IMG/VR virus record: IMGVR_UViG_3300020044_006443 | Span: 1 to 40,922 of that record | Source: a virus | Taxonomy: Duplodnaviria > Caudoviricetes | DNA length: 40,922 bases | Direction: 5' to 3' (one strand) | Part shown: in pieces, positions 35,036 through 40,922 of the stretch | How positions within the stretch are numbered: position 1 is the stretch's first letter | Layout of the letters: each line of letters opens with the position of its first letter | The notes under the pieces: generated by a model | What the model saw: only the letters and a program-made list of their open reading frames with translations | Databases searched by the model: none | What the model was told of the DNA's origin: nothing | Made by a program: the position numbers and the translations under genes

Positions 35036-35324
35036 CTTCTTCTCCTTCGATATTCTCTGGGGGCTTCGGCGTCATCGAGCCGTTGCCCTGACCCGCCATC
35101 AATCCTGCCAACGCCCCGACGATAAATGTCGCTATCGGGTTAATCAGCTTAAAAAACTCAGCGTCATTCGGGGACTGCCCCTCCATCGGCTGCGACACAA
35201 ACACCAGCGAGTACAGCACGGTCGCCACAATAAACGTCAGTGTTAGCGACAGTACGATGCCGACGATGAACCGCAGCAGTTCCTCTGGCGACCATTCACT
35301 TCTCGGCTTCACGTTCTTTCTCAC
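35019..35324 (-). CDS. Two-TM holin-like protein (start uncertain)
   Basis: LLRFIVGIVLSLTLTFIVATVLYSLVFV and LINPIATFIVGALAGLM. Confidence 0.7.
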   Translation of the reverse strand: MRKNVKPRSEWSPEELLRFIVGIVLSLTLTFIVATVLYSLVFVSQPMEGQSPNDAEFFKLINPIATFIVGALAGLMAGQGNGSMTPKPPENIEGEEDELPK

Positions 35325-35487
35325 CCGTATCTATTAACCACTCGGTGCAATAGCCCATTGCGATACACTTAGGCTTCTTGCAGATTTCCTCCTGCCAGTT
35401 CTCAGGGTCTTGGCAGTCGTACCGATAGCGGTCCTGACAGCCCATGAGGGCCAAAGCCGCGAGGGGTAGCAAAAACCACTTCATCAC
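35296..35487 (-). CDS. Small Cys-rich lipoprotein (o-spanin-like)
   Basis: Signal peptide plus lipobox LMGC; four further cysteines. Confidence 0.75.
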   Translation of the reverse strand: MMKWFLLPLAALALMGCQDRYRYDCQDPENWQEEICKKPKCIAMGYCTEWLIDTGEKEREAEK

Positions 35488-35696
35488 CGATCCGCTTTGT
35501 TATCCAGTTTATCTTCAATCCGGCGGAGGTGCATCATGACCTCGTCGAACTTCTTATCAATGGCGTTGAACCTCTCTTCACCGAAGCCAAGACGCGCCTC
35601 CATGAGGGTGAGCCTGTTGTTTAGGTTTACCCAGACGGTTATCAAGCCGCCGATGAAGGCCAGCACGGTGACGACGGTGTTGATGTCGAAGTCCAT
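35484..35696 (-). CDS. Single-TM coiled-coil protein (holin or i-spanin-like)
   Basis: N-terminal TM helix, then LTLMEARL...LRRIEDKLDNKADR. Confidence 0.7.
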   Translation of the reverse strand: MDFDINTVVTVLAFIGGLITVWVNLNNRLTLMEARLGFGEERFNAIDKKFDEVMMHLRRIEDKLDNKADR

Positions 35697-36058
35697 TATT
35701 TCAGGTTCCGCAGCTTGTATATGGTGGTCAGATACGTGTCTGTGACACCGTCAACCAAATTGCCCACTGCGCGGTTGCCCTTGCAGATATCCTCGTGGTG
35801 CTCCTCGATCCAGTCCGCGTCAGCCTCTAGGAGCTTCAGCACGTCACGCTCAGTCACCTCTGGGGCGGGTATGTTGCCGATGAGGCTGAACGCGCCTTGG
35901 TAGGCTTCCACGAGCTTGTCGATTGCGTCAATGACGTCGTCGTAGAAGTCGCCCAGTGACATGTGTTTCGCGAAGCTGCCGTCGCCCTTTGCTCGCCAGT
36001 GCTCGAAGTGGGCTACGTTGCGTGCATAGAAGACGCGGCTGATAAGTTGTTCGATCAT
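35696..36058 (-). CDS. Ferritin/Dps-like four-helix protein (DUF5856-like)
   Basis: AHFEHW, FAKHMSLGDFYD, DKLVEAYQG, TIYKLRNLK. Confidence 0.8.
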   Translation of the reverse strand: MIEQLISRVFYARNVAHFEHWRAKGDGSFAKHMSLGDFYDDVIDAIDKLVEAYQGAFSLIGNIPAPEVTERDVLKLLEADADWIEEHHEDICKGNRAVGNLVDGVTDTYLTTIYKLRNLK

Positions 36059-36068
36059 ACGTTCACCT

Positions 36069-36794
36069 TCAGTGTTTCGTTACGTCCACCATCGCCGCGT
36101 AGGTGCCTGAGAAGCAGTACGCGCCGAAGTGGCCCAGTTCGCACCACGGCGCGGCCCAAACCGTTCCGCCGTGTTTACGGTATTCGTGGCAAAAATGATA
36201 GTCCTCTGATAACAACTTGCCGTCTTCTACCAAGACGCGGAAAAAGTCGTGAACCTCTTCCTCGGGTGGGATGCTCGCGCCGCCATTGGTGTAAGTCTGC
36301 GTGTGCTCTGCAAGGCCTTCGAATACGTCGCGCCGGATTAACATGAAGCCGGTGCCGATGTGCTCGACTTGAAACGGCTCGTTTGGGCTAACCATGCCGT
36401 GGTCGGGCAGTGTATTGAGGTTGAAGATGCCAGTCAGCGCGGCGAGGTTCGGGTGGTTAAGCACCGCCCCCTGCCGCACGCGGTCCCAGTTGATACCCTT
36501 CATGGGCACCGGACCGCCGATGATACCCTTGTCGGCCTTGATCATCAGCGCGACATCATTTGCGCGGAAGCGCTGATCCGCGTCGATGAAGAGCAGGTGG
36601 GTGGCGTCGGGGATACGCAGGAAGTGGTGCGCAATAGTGTTACGACCGCGCTGGATCAGGCTCTCGTTGCCGAGGAAGATGCAGGTCAACTGGATGTCGT
36701 ACTGCATGCACGCCTCTTTGAGCGCCAGCAACGACTGCGTGTACTCGGTACACATCATGCCCCCGTAGCAGGGCGTGCCGATGACGAGATGCAT
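36069..36794 (-). CDS. GT-A fold glycosyltransferase
   Basis: IGTPCYGG, ESLIQRGRN, THLLFIDAD (DxD), IGTGFMLIRR, LSEDYHFC, LGHFG; start at ATG 36794 with GGAG RBS. Confidence 0.88.
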   Translation of the reverse strand: MHLVIGTPCYGGMMCTEYTQSLLALKEACMQYDIQLTCIFLGNESLIQRGRNTIAHHFLRIPDATHLLFIDADQRFRANDVALMIKADKGIIGGPVPMKGINWDRVRQGAVLNHPNLAALTGIFNLNTLPDHGMVSPNEPFQVEHIGTGFMLIRRDVFEGLAEHTQTYTNGGASIPPEEEVHDFFRVLVEDGKLLSEDYHFCHEYRKHGGTVWAAPWCELGHFGAYCFSGTYAAMVDVTKH

Positions 36795-37618
36795 CAATCG
36801 GTCTCCGCCGTGAGTTGCGGCACGTTGGTCAGGCTCTGCTTGTCGAACAGGCTGAAGCCGCGATACTGCGCGAACTTCTCTGGGTCGCTCGCCCACTTGT
36901 CAGCGCAAGCCTCCAGCCACTGGAGCGTCATTTCATGCGCCGGGGCCTTGCCTTGGCTAATCAGCTCGTTTTCAAGGGAGAGATACGCAAAGACTTCAGC
37001 CTGCGCCTGCGCGGCGTTGATGCCGAGGTCAAACAGGTAAATCATGTTGCCTTCGTCGATTACGCCTTGACGGCTGCGCGCCGCGTTCAATGCCTGCTTC
37101 ATGCAGGTCATGATGTGGTAGCGTGCCTCTTCAAGCTCGTAATCGGCTTCGGTGATCTCGGTCTTGCCCACCTTCTCCAACAACTGCCTGTGCTGATTGA
37201 CGAAGAAGTTCATCTTGCGGATCGCGCCGTTGACGTGGTTCTGCGTGCTCTCGAGTTGATACTGAAGCTCGATAATCTCGACGTCCAGCATCTCAATGTC
37301 GAAGGCGTCCTCGGCTGTCTCCAGTTCCGCCTGCTTGCGTTTCAGCTCAACCTGCTTCTTGCGCATGCCGATGTACGCCTCTTGCAGCGCCGAGCGTGTC
37401 CGGTCGATCTCGGCCAGCGTGTGCTTGATGGAACGTATCGGCGTAATCGCCGTCACGTCGAGTGACACTTGCATAAATTGCGAGTGGCTCTTGTAGAAGT
37501 TGCTGGTGTCTCGCACCACCGCAGGCATCCGCTCTTGGATGTTCTGCAACATGGTGCCGTATTCGGGTTTAGTAACTGGTAGGGCGGTGGTGAAGTCCAC
37601 CAATACTATATCGTTCAT
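36794..37618 (-). CDS. Coiled-coil protein adjacent to the repeat proteins
   Basis: AAGGAG RBS before the ATG at 37618; long heptad region. Confidence 0.8.
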   Translation of the reverse strand: MNDIVLVDFTTALPVTKPEYGTMLQNIQERMPAVVRDTSNFYKSHSQFMQVSLDVTAITPIRSIKHTLAEIDRTRSALQEAYIGMRKKQVELKRKQAELETAEDAFDIEMLDVEIIELQYQLESTQNHVNGAIRKMNFFVNQHRQLLEKVGKTEITEADYELEEARYHIMTCMKQALNAARSRQGVIDEGNMIYLFDLGINAAQAQAEVFAYLSLENELISQGKAPAHEMTLQWLEACADKWASDPEKFAQYRGFSLFDKQSLTNVPQLTAETD

Positions 37619-37652
37619 TACAGTGCTCCTTGTGTTGAACGGGTTGGGGAAA

Positions 37653-38648
37653 TCAGAGGCCGCCATGCCCGCTGGAGCAAGCGGCGACCTGCGAAGTACC
37701 AGCAAGCAGGTCTCCAAAATCGAGCGCGTTACCTGTGGTTGCGATAGTGACATAGTTTATAGTGTTGTTGCTCAAGCCCCCTCCAACGACCCCACGAGTT
37801 TCAGAGGAGCACGCAGCCGCACCGAACGTAGAGTAGAGCAAAGTGCCAAAATTCAAAGTGTTTCCTGTGGTCGCGATAGTGACGTATTGGATAGTTGTTT
37901 GGGACGCTGACCCCCCAAAAAATACAGCGCGGGTGCTACTCGCACAAGCCGCAGGCCCCTCGGAGGCCGCCGATAAATCACCAAAATCGAGCGCGTCACC
38001 TGTGGTTGCGATGGTCACGTAATCTATCACATTTTGCGCACTTGGGCTTGCATAACCGCCTGCAAAAAGACCGCGAGTGGTATTAGCGGTGCCGCATAGA
38101 TACTCGCGGGCGACCGTGACACCGCCAAAATTTACGGCGTTACCTGTAGTAGCAATCGTAACGTAATCTATACGGCTGGTGTATACGTTGCTGGCGGTGT
38201 TGCCTGACCCAAAAAGACCGCGAGTGCTGTTGGAGCAGCCCCCGAGTTGTGTTCGTGCCAATGTCAAGTTTCCAAAACTAATAGCGTTTCCAGTAGTCTG
38301 TATCGTAACATAATCGATTGCTGCGGTAGGGCCGCTGCTGCCGCCCCCAAACAAACCCCGTGTGGAGGAAGCACAAGAACCCATTTGACTTCTAGCGGAA
38401 GTAAGATTGCCAAAGTTGAGGGCGTTGCCGGTTGAGGTTATAGTGATGTACTGGATCGACGAGAAGCCGGTAAACACGCCAGCAAACAACCCCCTCGGTG
38501 CTTGGATACCCGCAATCGGCCACAGACCCTGCTTCGTCCAGTACGCCGCCTCGGCCAGTGACCACACGCCAGAAGCCGCGCCGTCCTGAAGCGGGCCAGC
38601 GGGGATAACAGGTGTCTTGCGGATAAGATTTCCGGGCCAGTTACTCAT
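37653..38648 (-). CDS. Six-repeat kelch-like propeller protein 3 (putative tail/receptor-binding)
   Basis: Six repeats of RGLFGGG..IDYVTIATTGNA..FG.L...R...AACS; ends HGGL. Confidence 0.75.
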   Translation of the reverse strand: MSNWPGNLIRKTPVIPAGPLQDGAASGVWSLAEAAYWTKQGLWPIAGIQAPRGLFAGVFTGFSSIQYITITSTGNALNFGNLTSARSQMGSCASSTRGLFGGGSSGPTAAIDYVTIQTTGNAISFGNLTLARTQLGGCSNSTRGLFGSGNTASNVYTSRIDYVTIATTGNAVNFGGVTVAREYLCGTANTTRGLFAGGYASPSAQNVIDYVTIATTGDALDFGDLSAASEGPAACASSTRAVFFGGSASQTTIQYVTIATTGNTLNFGTLLYSTFGAAACSSETRGVVGGGLSNNTINYVTIATTGNALDFGDLLAGTSQVAACSSGHGGL

Positions 38649-39589
38649 GAAAGTCCTCCATGCCCGTTAGAGCATCCCGCATCGTACTGCCTAGCAACTG
38701 TCAGATCACCAAAATAAATGGCGTTGCCGACGGTGGCTATTGTTACGAAACTGATCTTTGCCGTACTCGCACCACCGTAAGAGGCACAAGCCCTTGTGGG
38801 GCTTGCACAAGCCGCGCCGTCTTCTGTGTCTAGCGGCAAATCACCAAAATCTGTGGCGTTCCCGGTGGTCGCGATAGTGATGTAGTCAATGACGTTCTGC
38901 GATGCTCCCGAAGCGCCGCCAAAAAACAAGCCCGTAGTTGCGTTAGAAGCTCCGGCCACCGACCCACGCGCGACCGTCAAGTTCCCAAAACTAACAGCAT
39001 TTCCGGTCGTTGCTATGGTAACGTAATCGATCACACTGGTCGTAGAGGTGCCTCCCCCGAAAACCCCTCGCGTGGGGGAAGCGCACGCCCCTGTGGCCCT
39101 TCGCGTCACAGACAAAGAACCAAAGTTGGTTGCGTTCCCGGTCGTCGCTATGGTCACGTAATCAATGACACTAGTGTTTGACGTAAAGTTTCCGGTCATG
39201 CCGCCGCCAAACAAACCACGAGTTGAGGAGGAGCACCCGGAAACGTATGTTCGCGCGACTGTAAGGTTGCCAAAAGTTGTGGCATTTCCTGCGGTTGCAA
39301 TCGTGACATAGTAAATTGCGCTCTGATCCGTGCTGCCGGTGGTTCCACCGGCAAAAAGCCCACGCGTGCTGGATGAACACGAAGCAAGATAAGTCCTAGC
39401 TGCGGTCAGGCTCCCGAAACTGGTAGCATTTCCCGCCGAAGATATGTTTATCTGATCGACTACGTTAAGCGCCGCGCCCCCCGCGCTGCCTCCACCAAAC
39501 AACCCTGTTACCGGCGGCGACTGCCAGTTACCAGCCGCGACCGCCTGAAGCTGCTGCGTGAGGGTCCAGACACCAGAATAGTTAGGCAT
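38645..39589 (-). CDS. Six-repeat kelch-like propeller protein 2
   Basis: Same six repeats; start at ATG 39589 with GGAGG RBS; ends HGGLS. Confidence 0.75.
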   Translation of the reverse strand: MPNYSGVWTLTQQLQAVAAGNWQSPPVTGLFGGGSAGGAALNVVDQINISSAGNATSFGSLTAARTYLASCSSSTRGLFAGGTTGSTDQSAIYYVTIATAGNATTFGNLTVARTYVSGCSSSTRGLFGGGMTGNFTSNTSVIDYVTIATTGNATNFGSLSVTRRATGACASPTRGVFGGGTSTTSVIDYVTIATTGNAVSFGNLTVARGSVAGASNATTGLFFGGASGASQNVIDYITIATTGNATDFGDLPLDTEDGAACASPTRACASYGGASTAKISFVTIATVGNAIYFGDLTVARQYDAGCSNGHGGLS

Positions 39590-40755
39590 TAGGCTAGTCC
39601 TCCGTGTGCGCTTGAGCAAGCAGCGACGCCCACCCTAGCAGACGTAAGATTTCCAAAACTTATCGAATTGCCGGTACTAGCAATCGTGATGTAACTGATA
39701 GCGCTGGAGGGGCCGCTACCCCCACCAAAAACTCCACGCGTTGCGTCAGCGCAACCAGCAAGACCGTTTCGCGCAGGAGATAAAGATCCGAAGGACACCG
39801 CGTTTCCGGTCGTGGCGATAGTAATGTAATCAATGGTCGTTCCATTACGAGCGCTTCCGCCTCCCGCAAAAACCCCACGTGTGCTATTCGAGCAGGCCGC
39901 AAGCAACTGTCCAGCAACCGTTAAATTCCCAAAGGAGGCGCTGTCGCCAGTAGTAGCTATAGTTATGAAAGTTATAGCGGACGTTACTGAAGAAGTATCA
40001 CCCCCGCCAAATACACCTCGCGTCGGCGACGCACAGCCAGCTAGATCCGCTGTCCCATTTATTAACGACCCAAAAGATATGGCGTTGCCTGCGCTGGCGA
40101 GAGTTACATAGTCCATCGTGGCTGAATAACCAAAAAGGTAACCACCGGCGAACACGCCGCGTGTCGCTGAAGAACACGCCGCGAATTCTTGGGCGGCCCG
40201 CGTAAGATCGCCAAAAAATACTGAGTTGCCTGTGGTAGCTATAGTTACGTAGTTTATGGCGCTAACACTACTACCACCACCAGCAAAAAGCCCCCGACTT
40301 GCGGAAGAACAACTAGCCAAATAGGTAACAGCAGCCGAAAGCTGCCCAAAAGACAACGCGTTTCCTAATGTGGGTATAGAAATATAATCGATAGTGTTAG
40401 ATCCACCCCCGCCGCCAAAGAGACCACGCGCCACTGCTGGTGTCACTGACCCGCTCGGACCGCCCGCAGGCGAGGGTCCGTAAGTGTTTAGCGCCCAGAC
40501 GTTAAACGTGTACGCGGTGCCATTGGTCAGGCCAGACACGGTGATTGGCGAAGTAGACCCGGTCGCGCCGATACCACCGGGATTGCTCCCAACAGTATAG
40601 CCCGTGATAGCCGATCCGCCCACGTTACTCGGAGCGGTGAAGCTGACAGACGCAGACTGATCCCCAGCGGACGCCGCAACGCTAGTAGGTGCGTTCGGGG
40701 CTTGCAGCGGGTTAAAGCCTACGCCGAGTATGCCGCCTTGATAGCGTTTCGCCAT
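39589..40755 (-). CDS. Fibronectin type III domain plus six-repeat propeller protein 1
   Basis: PNAPTSV...VSFTAP..GGSAITGYTV...VSGLTNGTAYTFNVWALN (FN3), then six repeats; ends HGGLA. Confidence 0.8.
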   Translation of the reverse strand: MAKRYQGGILGVGFNPLQAPNAPTSVAASAGDQSASVSFTAPSNVGGSAITGYTVGSNPGGIGATGSTSPITVSGLTNGTAYTFNVWALNTYGPSPAGGPSGSVTPAVARGLFGGGGGSNTIDYISIPTLGNALSFGQLSAAVTYLASCSSASRGLFAGGGSSVSAINYVTIATTGNSVFFGDLTRAAQEFAACSSATRGVFAGGYLFGYSATMDYVTLASAGNAISFGSLINGTADLAGCASPTRGVFGGGDTSSVTSAITFITIATTGDSASFGNLTVAGQLLAACSNSTRGVFAGGGSARNGTTIDYITIATTGNAVSFGSLSPARNGLAGCADATRGVFGGGSGPSSAISYITIASTGNSISFGNLTSARVGVAACSSAHGGLA

Positions 40756-40761
40756 GCGCCT

Positions 40762-40922
40762 TTACCCTGCAAATTCTTGGTAGGTCACCGTCATTGTAAT
40801 AGCGTTCGACGTGCCAGCCGTCGCGCCGAGTGACGTGTTGGCGGCCAGTACAACTGGCGTCGTCACGTCTGAGACGATCAGCGAGGCGTCGGCAGGCACT
40901 GAGATTGTGGACGCTATCGGGA
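40762..40922 (-). CDS. Partial small tail-associated protein (C-terminus only)
   Basis: Hand-translated ...PIASTISVPADASLIVSDVTTPVVLAANTSLGATAGTSNAITMTVTYQEFAG*. Confidence 0.7.
   Translation of the reverse strand, partial: PIASTISVPADASLIVSDVTTPVVLAANTSLGATAGTSNAITMTVTYQEFAG

Noticed and set aside
37653-40755. Diversity-generating retroelement or invertible tail-fibre cassette
   Set aside because: No reverse transcriptase or invertase in the window; repeats differ at all base types and all lie in one orientation.

Overview
About 41 kb of a GC-rich tailed-phage genome with podovirus-like gene content, probably infecting an alphaproteobacterium (it encodes a GapR/DUF2312 homologue). Both window ends cut through the minus-strand virion operon. 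Minus strand 1-4021: portal (partial), terminase large and small subunits, and a small wHTH-like gene. 4030-4275: repeat-rich, palindromic non-coding region, a probable origin. Plus strand 4343-20960: about 30 small early genes and a replication module (Cro-like regulator, primase-polymerase/helicase, Cas4-like exonuclease, SSB, GapR, family A DNA polymerase, VRR-NUC, SNF2 helicase). Minus strand 20902-40922: ejection proteins, tail, lysis cassette, ferritin-like protein, glycosyltransferase and three tandem six-repeat propeller-like proteins. No capsid gene, integrase, tRNA or CRISPR array is visible. The most striking signal is an apparent RNA regulatory circuit. Six plus-strand units share a leader, consensus ATCAGCAAC(G)AAGGAG(T/C)ACACGACATG. 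An intergenic stem-loop at 16089-16170 on the same strand carries the near-exact reverse complement of that leader in its loop, and can also pair with the RBS of the gene upstream of DNA polymerase. Family names come from motif recognition by eye, not database searches.
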